From: Paraspadella gotoi | Taxonomy: Eukaryota > Animalia > Chaetognatha | DNA length: 41,454 bases | Direction of reading: 5' to 3' | NCBI GenBank assembly: GCA_051294375.1 | Contig: CM119264.1 | Span: forward strand, 426,896 to 468,349 | Shown: piece after piece, positions 1-13,023 of the stretch | Layout: every line of letters starts with the position of its first letter | How positions within the stretch are numbered: position 1 is the stretch's first letter | Translations under genes and position numbers: made by a program | The notes under the pieces: model-generated | What the model saw: only the letters and a program-made list of their open reading frames with translations | Database searches by the model: none | Told to the model about the DNA's origin: nothing

Positions 1-278
1 TTTCATCAACGATAATAAAAGTTAATGAGGTTGCTGCAGAGATAATGCTTTCGTTAAAGAGGTTGCTGCAGATTTTAAATTAAATATTGAATATAAATCT
101 ATTTTTGAATATAAAAACTAATCCCTAACCCTAACCATAACCTTATCCTTAACACAAACCCTAAACCCTCATCACTAATCCCTCACCTAATCCCTTTGAA
201 CTCATTTAAAATTTAAGACAAAATTGGGCGTTCTCGGAAAATAAGGCCGAAATTTTTGCTAAAAAGGAAAAAAGGGGG
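1..278 (+). repeat. Direct copy of 6746-7056, with a degenerate (CCCTAA)-like tract
   Basis: tttcatcaacgat...gttgctgcag...ctaaccataacctta...aattgg(g)cgtt.tcggaaa..taaggccga...aaaaaaggg aligns by eye to 6746-7056; the second copy carries many small insertions. Confidence 0.9.
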
Positions 279-360
279 NNNNNNNNNNNNNNNNNNNNNN
301 NNNCAGAGAGGATGTAGGAGAGACCTACACAGGGGAGAGGCAGAGATCTTGAGGAGAAAA

Positions 361-500
361 TTCCGTGTGGGAGGAATCCGCGCGGGAGGAATCCCGTGTG
401 GGAGGAATCCGCTGTGGGAGGAATCCCATGGGAGGAATCCGCGCGTGGGAGGAATCCCGTGTGGGAGGATCCAGTTGGGAAGGAATCCGTGTGGGTAGAA
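361..500 (+). repeat. 16-bp minisatellite (GGGAGGAATCCCGTGT)n, mirror of part of the 11310-11980 array
   Basis: About 8 visible tandem units; ends in taccagcagcc, close to the reverse complement of the start at 11298. Confidence 0.9.
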
Positions 501-559
501 TACCAGCAGCCACCAAAGCACGATGACCCAAACACATGAGGATCAGTCCTAAGCATCAC

Positions 560-1740
560 ACAAATAGTGGAATGAGATAATGATAACAATACACATTGGT
601 ATGTACGCAAATGTATGGACGCCACAACGACGATAACGACAGGAACGATAATCAGTTGCCCGAAGAGATAAGGTTAATATGCACACATTGTATGTATGCA
701 GTCTGCTATATTATTTAACGACTTATACATGCATGTTATCTGCGCCGAGAGTTAGAAGTATTTGAGGGTAAAGTGACAAGACGCAGTACTAGTCACTGGT
801 ACAGTATGACGGACTAAACAACATTGTAATGTACGGACGGAATACAGATAACACGAGACGACATATCAACGCACCACAGGAAAGAGATATTACAGACGAC
901 CATACGTATGAACACAGCGAGGACAACAACGACAGTAGAGAACTGGTCGGAATGAGAGGACGTACATAATCAGATACGCACGCGTGCAGAGATCAGATGA
1001 ATGCGTATGAATATCTTCCACCTCGAGAGTTATGGTGATGCAACAGACGATTGTATTCATGTAGGGGCAGTAATCAAGTTTGCCCACTGATTATGGGCCG
1101 ATCAAATCTCATATGATCAATCATCACTCTATTTTTGTCATTGTCTTCTCACCCAAGTCTGAGACATCGTCGTATGCCCTGCTGCACGCAAATAATGCAG
1201 CAATTTTATCGCTCCAAAGAAGAATTCACTACCACTATGCTCGCACGACTGACCTTACAATACGTTTGACCGCCACGTCGAACATGTACGGCCATACTCA
1301 ATCAGAATATCGACTCCCACACTTGCCGTACATACGTATGCTACTATCCACAAGTTTACGAGGTTATCACTGTCCACTTTATATGCTCTTATAGGACCTT
1401 CGATCATATAAGACACTGCCTTACCTTGCTTTGCCTCTGATAGAGAACTATGTTTATTCCACACGATCTCAAATGCCTTATGCGCTTTCATGTCGCGTAT
1501 GTGTCTATCATCCACGAACTACAGTCAGTCTCGTCTCCCGAGAGAGCCATATTTACTCACCTATCAGGACTTGTTGTCAGTGTAACAGCACATCTGGCGT
1601 ACTTAACTTGTTACGCATGCATCATCATGGCTTTGCCCGTATAGAGATATCTTACTAAAGACTTGCACTCTAATTGTATGTACCTGTACGCAGTGCGCGC
1701 ATGCTACGCATAATCAGTTTGCCCGAAGAGATATTAGCGA
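560..1740 (-). repeat. Highly degraded reverse-complement copy of the 58-bp satellite
   Basis: Recognisable pieces include cacattggtatgtacgca (~592), ataatcagttgcccgaagagata (~648) and cgcataatcagtttgcccgaagagatatta (~1707). The sequence between them is very noisy. Confidence 0.7.
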
Positions 1741-2431
1741 TAATCACGAAACATATCAACTGTTTTTATTTCGCGATAACAATTCGCATGAACACTTCTC
1801 ATCTCCCCATCAGCGACTTCCTCATATTCTCATCTCATCTCATGCTCCCGCATTCCTCATCACTCCTCATTCTTCTACATCACATATTAGAAGATAATTC
1901 TGTACGCAGAATTGCTTCGCTAATCGAAATCATAAAGAAATATTGAAGAACATATTGTTCATTAATCGACGAGTTCTATTATTATTATACGATACCAGCG
2001 AAGAACATTGTTTCGCATTTTATTCAGAATCAATAAAATAATAGAAAGAACAATTGTTCCCGCACTTAATCTTTGAATATATAAGTTCATTAATATCTTC
2101 TCGTTATCCTGATTTTTGGCGCCAATCTTTTAAATTTTAACGCAGCTGAAAATTTTTGTCATATTCTGATTCTGCTCCCAGAAAACGACGGCTTGTCAGT
2201 TCAGTCTCTCTCTCTCTCAGTCTCTCTCTCTCTCTACTCGCTCTCATCTCGTCCTCTCTCTCTCTCTCTCTACTCTCTGCTCTCTGTGACAGCAACTATC
2301 CGGTGGGCGGCTTCCGCTGCGGCCAGGGTGAAGTAGGCGTGGGCAGGAATCGGTTTCATCGCTCTCGTATCTCTCTCTCTCATCTCTCTCTCCTCTCTCT
2401 CTCTCTCTCTGCTCTCCACTCTCTCCTCTCT

Positions 2432-2468
<37 letters not shown>

Positions 2469-2699
2469 CACCAGTTAAGTCATGAGTGTCACTGTGAGGT
2501 CGACTCACCGTTTCGCGCGAAAATTCTGCTTTTCGCGGTTACTCGCCCCGTCGAAGGAAGGAAAAGAAAGGAAAGAAAAGGAAAAGAGGGAAAGGAAAGA
2601 AGGAACTGAAGGAAGGAAGAGGAAAAAAGAAAAGGAGAAAGAAAAGAAGGAAAAAAGGAAAAGGAATGAAAAGTTAAAGGAGGAAAAGAAAAATGAAGG

Positions 2700-5151
2700 A
2701 AAAGGAAAGAGGAAGAGGAAAAGGATCACAATATGCAATAGGAAAGGAGTACAAAATAGAAAAATAGTACTCAGGGATCAGCGAAAAAGGTATTACATAA
2801 GTGAAGATTAAATAGATATCTCGGGAAGAATGCAATCACTGCGAATACACGTCTAAGCAGATGGACAAAATAGCATATAAAGGGGAGAAACGAGACAAAC
2901 GGAAGATAAAATAGATAAATCAAAAGATGAGGCGCAAGAGAGAAAAGGGAAACTTGATGATGACAGAAAAAATGGATAGGTCGCAAGTAACAGAGAACAG
3001 ATAAGTCGCGAAATTAAATGAATGTTTATATTACACACATCTCTAGAAAGGGAAAAGGAAATAAGGAAGAAAACATTGTATTATGTGCAGATTCAGTACT
3101 CTCTACTACTCACGGCAATTACAGGAAGATAATAGCATAGGTAATCATAGAAAATGCGACATGTGCGATCATATATCTGTGCTCTACTCTCGCGGTATCA
3201 TCTTCCTGCGTCCCTTTGTTCTGATGCAGAGGAGAGTGTCTGAACATCCATGGCCTTTACTAATAACTGAGCAGAGGTGTCGGGGAGCGACAATAGACTA
3301 GACTCTCGTGCCCAGAAGTTAATTATGAGATCGAGCCGATACAAAAGAGTGTGCTGAGGAGTAGGGCACAGAGAGAGAGGCAGCAGAGGAGAGAAAATGA
3401 ACGAGCACACGCAGAGAGAGAGGAACGAGCCACGAGCACGAGAGGAGAGCGACAGCGAGATGCAGAAGGTCGAGCGCGAATCGAGGCGAACGAGAGGCAG
3501 CGAAGGGGACGAGATGGAGCGAGGAGACCAGAAAAGTCACTTCACTGTACGTGGTGCATTCTATTAATAGAAAGAGTAAGGTGTAGAGTGCACTGAAGGA
3601 GTAGAGATGATGGGGGAAAGAACAAAGAGAGAGCACACAGAAAGAGAGGAGAGAAAAGAGGGAAACAGAGCACGTATGAGAGAGAGAGAGAGAGACCCAA
3701 AGAGATGAATGACGAAGATGTACGAGAGAGAAGAGCGCAGATATGGAAGGGAGGAGAGAGAGCAAAAATGAGCGAGAGAGAGTGAAAGAGAGAGATCTTG
3801 TTTGTTGGGTCGACATGTTCGTTCTTTTTCTAAAGATGCAAAACGAGTATGTTGTATAGCGCTCTCTTTCTCAAAAAAACACACGTACATGAAAAACAAA
3901 CAGAATAATAAGCGTCACTATGAATATCACTCATTTGCATACACATCTAATTTCTTCGTGCGCAATAAAATATTATATAATTGTGAAATTAAGTCATTAA
4001 ATATAAAGCAAATATTAGTAGATAAACTCGCTGCATTGTATATTATTATTTTAATTTTTAAATTCGTATATTTTTCAACCTAAAAAACCACACACAGTTA
4101 AGAGCAATATAAGCTTGTCACTGAGGCAATTGGATAACTAAATATATCTTGGAGTCCCAGTAAAAAACTCGCCTCAGACGATATCTCTCAATTCTGCTAC
4201 GTAAACTCACTTCGCACTGAAGCGGTGTTGCAAACCCTTCGAGCGGCGAGCAAAATGGAAGAATCTTGAAAACTTTCATTGCATATATTATATTGAAAAG
4301 ATTTTATCTATTGAGCCGAAGAACTCGCGCAGATTAGAGAGTTTATTATAAAGAATAGTAAATGAGTTTTTACACTGTAATTACGTACGTATTAATAACA
4401 TATTCCAACGAAAATTTTCTCCTTCTCCGTCATTCCTTCCGTCACCTTCTCTCCTCTCCTTCTCTTCTCTTCTCCTACTTCCTTCTCCCTTACCTTTTCT
4501 GCTCCTTTTATCTCCCTCTTCTCGCTCTTCCTTTCCTTTTCTATCTCCTCTCTTCCTTTCTAAATCTCCTTCCCTTTCTTTCCTTTACCTATGCTCCTTC
4601 TTTTTCCTTCTATCTCGCTTCTCTTTCCTTCCTTTCTTCTCGATTCCTTCTACCTTTGTTTTCGCCGCCTCTCTTCTCCCTCGTCTCCCTTCTCATTCTC
4701 CTCTCTTCTCGTCTTCTTTCTCATTCCCCTTCCTCCTCTTACTATCTCACATCACATCTCCTTTCCTTTGCTCTCTCCTTCTCTCTCCTTGTCGCCTCCC
4801 ACCTCTCTCGCCTCCTCTCTCGTTGACCTCCTTTCTCTCCTCTCCGCTGCCTGCAACAGCTATCTTGCCCGTTCCTCTTCTCCTCCTTCTCTTGCCTTCC
4901 TTCGCGTCCCTCCACCCTGCTCCCTAAACATACAAATACGCGTTTGTCTATAGAACGTGACCGAGTGATTTTAGATTAGTCGCCTACGCTGGTCAGTCCT
5001 GGTCTGGCGCGGAAAAGTACACTGTTATTTTCTTTACACCCTGTCTCTTCTCTCCCTTTTTTCGCTCCAAACAATTGTCGACACCTCAGGCGAGAGATCC
5101 CCGACGTTGCAGATTTTTTTTCTCAGATTATCACGACAGCGCCCTTTTTTC
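2700..5151 (+). repeat. Left arm of large inverted repeat
   Basis: ORF pairs are identical mirror images with a constant coordinate sum of 12198 (3319..3816/8382..8879, 4362..4826/7372..7836, 4591..4953/7245..7607). The inner end gcgcccttttttc at 5151 mirrors 7047. Confidence 0.97.
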
Positions 5152-5849
5152 AGAGGAGGAGAAAGAGGAGGAGAAGGAGGAGGAAGAGGAGAAGAAAGAG
5201 GAAGAGGAGGAGGAAGAGGAAAGGAGAAAATTTTCGTTGGAATATGTATTAATACCTAATTAATAATAAATAATTAATAAATAATTAACGACAGTGTAAA
5301 TAATAATGAAGATTTTGCGAGAACACCGTCTCAGAGGAGGAGGAAATGAGAACGTGTGAGGCGAGTTTTTTTTTACGGAATCCAGATTTGACCCGTGACT
5401 TTCTTAATGTTGTTTTTTATTTATACAATTTAAAATTAAAAATAAATACAAGTTAACAATATAAATATCACTCTAAATATTTACCCAGATTTGTTTCAAT
5501 ATTTTATTACCTTATTTTCTTTTTTTTTCATTTTCCTTTTTTTTGGCGCAAAAAATTTTGCCTTTGAAAAAAACATGTGACCCACAAACAAGATCTCTCT
5601 CTTTCACTCTCTCTCTCTTTGTAATAGATTATTCTTATTTTTAAATCTTTTCATGTTTTGTTCTTTATTATCTAAATAAAAAAAAGATATTTTTAAATAC
5701 AAAACCAACCATTTGTGTGAACAACAATAAATAAATACAAAAAAAAAACTTGTATTAAAGAAGCGGAAGAAAAGGAAAAAAATGTTGATCCTGGAACTTC
5801 GTCTCGTGTTTCCTAACGTTTTGTGTTTACAACAAAGAAAAAATTAATG

Positions 5850-6089
5850 GGTGGGGAAAAAAAAAAAAAAAAAAAGAATCAAGGGTCCAAAAAAAAACAA
5901 TAAAAAAAAAAAATAAAAAAAAAAACAAACATTCAAAAAAAACTACGAAATCCATATTGCGAAGAAATAAGAATCGTAGGCGTCGCGACGAAAGATGAAA
6001 GATAGAAAGATGAAGAAGAAAGTGCGACTGAAGAACAAATAGAAAGATGAAGACAATTAAAAAAAAAAAAAAAAAAAAATATAATAAAG

Positions 6090-6138
<49 letters not shown>

Positions 6139-6150
6139 AAAAAAAAAAAC
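5850..6150 (+). repeat. Poly(A)-rich low-complexity tract at the palindrome centre
   Basis: Several A-runs, the longest ~43 nt at 6093-6135. Confidence 0.9.
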
Positions 6151-6310
6151 ATTTTTTAAAATCTAAATGCAAATAGGTGTTTTTTCAAAAAAAAATTTGT
6201 AATTATTCCTTATCGTGTATTTGGCAGTGCAATTTACTTATTTCTTCAATTTAATAAATTTAACTTTATTTTTATTCCCTTCTTTTTATTCTCATTCTTG
6301 GAAATTAAAG

Positions 6311-6533
6311 GACAGAAGAGCAGAAAGAGACGTCTCGTATCCGGCGACTTTCAGCTCCTTCGGCGTATCGCGGCACTCTGATCAGAAGCGAAGGAGGAGA
6401 AAATGACCCGTCGGGCTCAGGTTCGTCGAGTCAGGTCACGACCCTGAGCCCGCCGAACGGAGGAAGTTTGAGAACAATAGCCACGCAGGACCGGACAGAC
6501 ATCGGGCGGCAGGAAAACAAGTATAGCCTCAGG
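6311..6533 (+). other. Candidate coding exon (unidentified, disorder-like peptide)
   Basis: GC-rich island after a pyrimidine tract and AG (6309-6310). Stop-free frame from 6312 reads TEEQKETSRIRRLSAPSAYRGTLIRSEGGENDPSGSGSSSQVTTLSPPNGGSLRTIATQDRTDIGRQENKYSLR. No clear donor and no recognised homology. Confidence 0.25.
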
Positions 6534-7046
6534 AGAGAGAGAGAGAGAGAGAGGAGAGATAGAGAGGAGAGGGATGAGAGAGAGATGGAGACGAGAGAGA
6601 TGATTTTTGATTTTGAAAAAAAGAAATGATAGGATTAAGAAAGAAGAAAGAAAGAAAGCTGAAAGAAATTTTTCTCTTCTTTTTTCCTTTTCTCCTTTTT
6701 CCCGCTTCGACGAGAAAAAAAAAATTGAAATTTAAAAATGTTTAATTTCATCAACGATATAAAAGTTAATGAGCGTTGCCTGCAGAGGGATAATGCTTTC
6801 GGTTTAAAGCAGGTTGCTGCAGATTTTTAAATTTAAAATCGATATAAATTCTATTTTTGAAATATTTTAAAAACTAATCCCTACCCTAACCATAACCTTA
6901 CTCCTTTAACACAAACCCAAACCCTCCTCACAAATCCCTAACCTTTAATCCCTCACCTAATCCCTTTGGAAACTCATTAAAATTTAAGACAAAATTGGCG
7001 TTTTCGGAAAATTAAGGCCGAAAAAATTTTGCTTCCCCTTAAAAGG

Positions 7047-9498
7047 GAAAAAAGGGCGCTGTCGTGATAATCTGAGAAAAAAAATCTGCAACGTCGGGGA
7101 TCTCTCGCCTGAGGTGTCGACAATTGTTTGGAGCGAAAAAAGGGAGAGAAGAGACAGGGTGTAAAGAAAATAACAGTGTACTTTTCCGCGCCAGACCAGG
7201 ACTGACCAGCGTAGGCGACTAATCTAAAATCACTCGGTCACGTTCTATAGACAAACGCGTATTTGTATGTTTAGGGAGCAGGGTGGAGGGACGCGAAGGA
7301 AGGCAAGAGAAGGAGGAGAAGAGGAACGGGCAAGATAGCTGTTGCAGGCAGCGGAGAGGAGAGAAAGGAGGTCAACGAGAGAGGAGGCGAGAGAGGTGGG
7401 AGGCGACAAGGAGAGAGAAGGAGAGAGCAAAGGAAAGGAGATGTGATGTGAGATAGTAAGAGGAGGAAGGGGAATGAGAAAGAAGACGAGAAGAGAGGAG
7501 AATGAGAAGGGAGACGAGGGAGAAGAGAGGCGGCGAAAACAAAGGTAGAAGGAATCGAGAAGAAAGGAAGGAAAGAGAAGCGAGATAGAAGGAAAAAGAA
7601 GGAGCATAGGTAAAGGAAAGAAAGGGAAGGAGATTTAGAAAGGAAGAGAGGAGATAGAAAAGGAAAGGAAGAGCGAGAAGAGGGAGATAAAAGGAGCAGA
7701 AAAGGTAAGGGAGAAGGAAGTAGGAGAAGAGAAGAGAAGGAGAGGAGAGAAGGTGACGGAAGGAATGACGGAGAAGGAGAAAATTTTCGTTGGAATATGT
7801 TATTAATACGTACGTAATTACAGTGTAAAAACTCATTTACTATTCTTTATAATAAACTCTCTAATCTGCGCGAGTTCTTCGGCTCAATAGATAAAATCTT
7901 TTCAATATAATATATGCAATGAAAGTTTTCAAGATTCTTCCATTTTGCTCGCCGCTCGAAGGGTTTGCAACACCGCTTCAGTGCGAAGTGAGTTTACGTA
8001 GCAGAATTGAGAGATATCGTCTGAGGCGAGTTTTTTACTGGGACTCCAAGATATATTTAGTTATCCAATTGCCTCAGTGACAAGCTTATATTGCTCTTAA
8101 CTGTGTGTGGTTTTTTAGGTTGAAAAATATACGAATTTAAAAATTAAAATAATAATATACAATGCAGCGAGTTTATCTACTAATATTTGCTTTATATTTA
8201 ATGACTTAATTTCACAATTATATAATATTTTATTGCGCACGAAGAAATTAGATGTGTATGCAAATGAGTGATATTCATAGTGACGCTTATTATTCTGTTT
8301 GTTTTTCATGTACGTGTGTTTTTTTGAGAAAGAGAGCGCTATACAACATACTCGTTTTGCATCTTTAGAAAAAGAACGAACATGTCGACCCAACAAACAA
8401 GATCTCTCTCTTTCACTCTCTCTCGCTCATTTTTGCTCTCTCTCCTCCCTTCCATATCTGCGCTCTTCTCTCTCGTACATCTTCGTCATTCATCTCTTTG
8501 GGTCTCTCTCTCTCTCTCTCATACGTGCTCTGTTTCCCTCTTTTCTCTCCTCTCTTTCTGTGTGCTCTCTCTTTGTTCTTTCCCCCATCATCTCTACTCC
8601 TTCAGTGCACTCTACACCTTACTCTTTCTATTAATAGAATGCACCACGTACAGTGAAGTGACTTTTCTGGTCTCCTCGCTCCATCTCGTCCCCTTCGCTG
8701 CCTCTCGTTCGCCTCGATTCGCGCTCGACCTTCTGCATCTCGCTGTCGCTCTCCTCTCGTGCTCGTGGCTCGTTCCTCTCTCTCTGCGTGTGCTCGTTCA
8801 TTTTCTCTCCTCTGCTGCCTCTCTCTCTGTGCCCTACTCCTCAGCACACTCTTTTGTATCGGCTCGATCTCATAATTAACTTCTGGGCACGAGAGTCTAG
8901 TCTATTGTCGCTCCCCGACACCTCTGCTCAGTTATTAGTAAAGGCCATGGATGTTCAGACACTCTCCTCTGCATCAGAACAAAGGGACGCAGGAAGATGA
9001 TACCGCGAGAGTAGAGCACAGATATATGATCGCACATGTCGCATTTTCTATGATTACCTATGCTATTATCTTCCTGTAATTGCCGTGAGTAGTAGAGAGT
9101 ACTGAATCTGCACATAATACAATGTTTTCTTCCTTATTTCCTTTTCCCTTTCTAGAGATGTGTGTAATATAAACATTCATTTAATTTCGCGACTTATCTG
9201 TTCTCTGTTACTTGCGACCTATCCATTTTTTCTGTCATCATCAAGTTTCCCTTTTCTCTCTTGCGCCTCATCTTTTGATTTATCTATTTTATCTTCCGTT
9301 TGTCTCGTTTCTCCCCTTTATATGCTATTTTGTCCATCTGCTTAGACGTGTATTCGCAGTGATTGCATTCTTCCCGAGATATCTATTTAATCTTCACTTA
9401 TGTAATACCTTTTTCGCTGATCCCTGAGTACTATTTTTCTATTTTGTACTCCTTTCCTATTGCATATTGTGATCCTTTTCCTCTTCCTCTTTCCTTTC
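7047..9498 (-). repeat. Right arm of large inverted repeat; imperfect mirror continues to ~11980
   Basis: Reverse complement of 2700-5151. Beyond 9498 the mirror continues with indels (9499-9989 vs 2183-2699, 10015-10400 vs ~1750-2185, then the satellites). Confidence 0.97.
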
Positions 9499-9889
9499 CT
9501 TCATTTTTCTTTTCCTCCTTTAACTTTTCATTCCTTTTCCCTTTTTCCTTCTTTTCTGTTCCTACCTTTTCTTTTTTCCTCTTCCTTCCTTCAGTTCCAT
9601 TCTTTCCTTTCCTCTCCTTTCCTTTCTTTCCTTGCTTCCTTCCTTCGCGGCGAGTAACGCAAGCAGAGATTTTCGCGCGAAACGTGAGTCGACCTCACAG
9701 TGACACTCCATGACCTAACTGTGGAGAGGAGAGAGAGAGAGAGAGAGAAGAGAGAGAGGAGAGAGGAGAGCAGAGAAGAGAGAGATGGAGAGGATGAGAG
9801 AGAGAGAAGAGAGCGATGAAACCGATTCCTCCCACGCCTACTTCACAACCGTGGACGCCAAGCGGAATGCCGCCACCGGAATAGTTGAC

Positions 9890-9929
<40 letters not shown>

Positions 9930-10128
9930 GAGATGAGAGCGAGTAGAGAGAGAGAGAGACTGAGAGAGAGAGAGACTGAACTGACAAGCNNNNNNNNNNN
10001 NNNNNNNNNNNNNNCGTCGTTTCTGGAAAATCAGAATATGAAAATTTTCAGCTGCGTTAAAATTTAAAAGATGGCGCCAAAATCAGGGATAAACAAAAGA
10101 TATTAATGAAACTTATATTTAAAGAATT

Positions 10129-10260
10129 AGCGAACAATTGTTCTTCTATTATTTTATGATTTCGATAAGCGAACAATTGTTCTTCTATTCTTTTATGATT
10201 TCGATTAATGAACCATTGTTCTTCTATTCTTTTATGATTTCGATTAGCGAACAATTCTGC
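10129..10260 (+). repeat. 39-bp tandem repeat, ~3 copies
   Basis: Unit gcgaacaattgttcttctattcttttatgatttcgatta; appears as a 13-aa period in ORF 10057..10386. Degraded mirror at ~1905-2060. Confidence 0.9.
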
Positions 10261-10399
10261 GTCGATTATTCTAATTGTGATGTGATGGGAGATGATGAGG
10301 AGATGGGGAGATGAGATGAGATGAGATGAGATGTGATGGGGAGATGAGAAGTGTTCATGCGAATTTGTTAGCGCGAAATAAAACATTTGATATGTTCAG

Positions 10400-11297
10400 C
10401 CTGAATCTATCACGTGCTAATATCTCTTATCTCATGGCGCAGCATCAACTGTGATATATGACGCTACATACAATGCGTCTATCCATACACCATATGCCGT
10501 TCGATGAATATCTCTTCGGGCAACTGATCTATGCGTATCATCACAATGTGTAACATACATAGTCGTGATAATATCTCTTCTCGCGGCAATCTCGATTATG
10601 GTACATACGAATGCACCGTACTATTATATGTGATGATAAATATCTCTTCGGGGCAACCTGATTATGACGTACATACCAATGCGTAAACATACTCAAGTGT
10701 TGATAATACTCTCTATCGGGCCAAGGCTGATTATGCGTACATTACAATGCCTTACATCTATAAGGTGTATGTCACGCTAACTCATCTCTCTTGGGAGCAA
10801 CTGGATTCAACTGCGAGCGTACGTAATTACAAATGGGATACATACATGATCTGTCGCAAAGAATATCTTCCTCACATCAGATCCCACCGCGACTGCGCAT
10901 ACTTGCATTTCGTATCGGGCACCGATGCGCTACAGTACAATGCGTACATCTACAGAATGAACTGCGTAGAATAAATACTTCTCTATTAGGGCAACGCTGA
11001 TTATGCGTTACACTACAAATCCGTACATATCTGAGATGTGTGCGATACTAATATTCTCTACATCGAGAGAGCAAATGAATTATTCGGCGTACATACAAAA
11101 TGACATCACGCTACATTAATAGCATAGTGCTCGGATAATATCTCTTTGCCGCGCAAACCGGATTATGCGTACATACAAATGCATACATACAATCGTGTGA
11201 TAATATCTCCTTCGGGCAACATGATTATGCGTAATACGAATGCCGTACATACAATGGTGTTACTAAATATCTCCTTTGGAGCAGACTGCATTATGCG
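10400..11297 (+). repeat. 58-bp satellite, left block (noisy)
   Basis: Recurrent aatatctcttcgggcaactgattatgcgtacatacaatgcgtacatacaatgtgtg with many insertions. Confidence 0.9.
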
Positions 11298-11309
11298 GGC
11301 TGAGCTGTG

Positions 11310-11980
11310 GTTATTCCTCCCACACACGCGGATTCCTCCCAACTGGATTCCTCCTTCACACGGGCATTCCCCACGCAGATCGCGATTCCTGCCCTCATGG
11401 GATTCCTCCCACACCGCGGATTTCACTCCCACACCGGATCCTCCCCCGCGGGATTCCTTCCCACACGGAATTCCTTCCCCAAGGAATTCCTCCCACACGC
11501 CGGATTCCTCCCCATGGAATTCCTCCCCATAGAATTTCCTCCCACACGGGATTTCCTTCCCACACGCGGATTCCTCCCCAAAGCAATTCCTCCCACGCGG
11601 CGATTCCTCCCCACACGGGATTCCTCCCACACGGGATTCCTCCCACGCGGGATTTCTCCCACACGGCGATCCTCACACACGCGGGATTCCCTCCACCGCA
11701 GGCTTGATTCCTCCCACACGGATTCCTCCCACGCCGGGCATTCCTCCACGCGGGATTCCTCCCACAACGGGATTCCTCCCACGCGGGATTACTCCCAACA
11801 CGGGATTCCTCCCACGACGCGGATTCCTCCCATCACGGGATTCCTCCCACAGCGGATTCCTCCCACACGGGATTCCTCCCGCACGGATTCCTCCCACACG
11901 GGATTCCCTCCCACATGCGATTCCTCCCACACGGGATTTCCTCCCACACGCGATTCCTCCCACACGGCGGACTTCCTCCC
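11310..11980 (-). repeat. 16-bp minisatellite array (left arm)
   Basis: Roughly 40 units of ggattcctcccacacg and variants. Confidence 0.95.
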
Positions 11981-12239
11981 CCTTAAATTGCTGATTAACT
12001 TTCTTGTTGCATGCTTTCTTGTTTCAAGGAAAAATTGAATTCATTAAAATAAATTTTGCCATGCTGTGTGCGGTAGGAAAGTATGGCTGATTAAAGCCTG
12101 AATATAAATTTTTTTGATGTAATCGTAGTTGTTGGAAAAAGCAGTTTTCAAATTAGCAAAACCAAAAGACACATTTATTCTTGAATTTTTAACAGTTTCT
12201 CTCTCTCTATCTCTCTCCTGATTGATATGATTGATTATT

Positions 12240-12445
12240 GATGACCAAATTATGACCAATTGACAAAATATGCCAGTTGACCAAATTCTGCAGGTTAAAA
12301 ACAAATTATGCCAGTTGACCACAAATTATGCCTGTTTGACCAAAATTATGCCACTTTACCAGACAATTTGTCAGTTGAACCAAAGGTATGCCCAGTTGAC
12401 CCAAATTAATGCCAAGTTGGCATTAAAAATTATGCAGTGACCAAG
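12240..12445 (+). repeat. ~18-bp minisatellite (TTGACCAAATTATGCCAG)n
   Basis: About 10 imperfect tandem units. Confidence 0.85.
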
Positions 12446-12521
12446 TTTAGACTTATTACCACTTAATTTATCGTAGGCCAGATCCGACATTTGTTTGCTC
12501 AAACTTGTTTTTTTTTATTGA

Positions 12522-13023
12522 CGTGGGAGAATCCCGCGTGGAGGAATCCTGCCGTTGAGAGGAATCCGCGTTGGGGAGCGAATCCCGAGTTGTGGGAGGA
12601 ATCCCGTGTGGGAGGAATACCGCGGGGGGAGGAATCCCGCGTGCGGAGGATCCCGTGTGGCGAGGAAAATCCCGCGTGGAGGAATTCCCGTGTGGCGAGG
12701 AATCCGCATGCGGAGGAATCCCGCCGTTTGGGCGAGGATACCGTGTGGGAGGAATCCCGCGTGCGGCAGGGAATCCCGTGTGGGAGGAATCCCGCGTGGG
12801 AGGAATCCCGGCGGTGGAGCGAATCCCGCATGGGAGGGAATCCGTTGTGGGGAGGAATTCTTTGCGGAGGAAATCCCGTGTGGGATGAATTCCTTTGCGG
12901 AGGAATCCCCGTGTGGCGAGCAATTTCCATTGGGAGGAATCCTTGGGGAGGAGAATCCCTGTGGATAGGGAAACCGCTGTGGGAGGAATCCCCGCGTGGG
13001 AGGAATCTATTGGGAGGAATCCC
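12522..13023 (+). repeat. 16-bp minisatellite array (right arm, inverted relative to 11310-11980)
   Basis: Roughly 30 units of gtgggaggaatcccg. Confidence 0.95.

Noticed and set aside
890-1660. Short ORFs in apparently unique sequence
   Set aside because: The region mirrors the 58-bp satellite block and looks like a heavily corrupted copy of it.
5850-6150. Retrotransposon or processed-pseudogene poly(A) tail
   Set aside because: No upstream element body or TSD; it follows a decaying copy of the arm, consistent with read noise.
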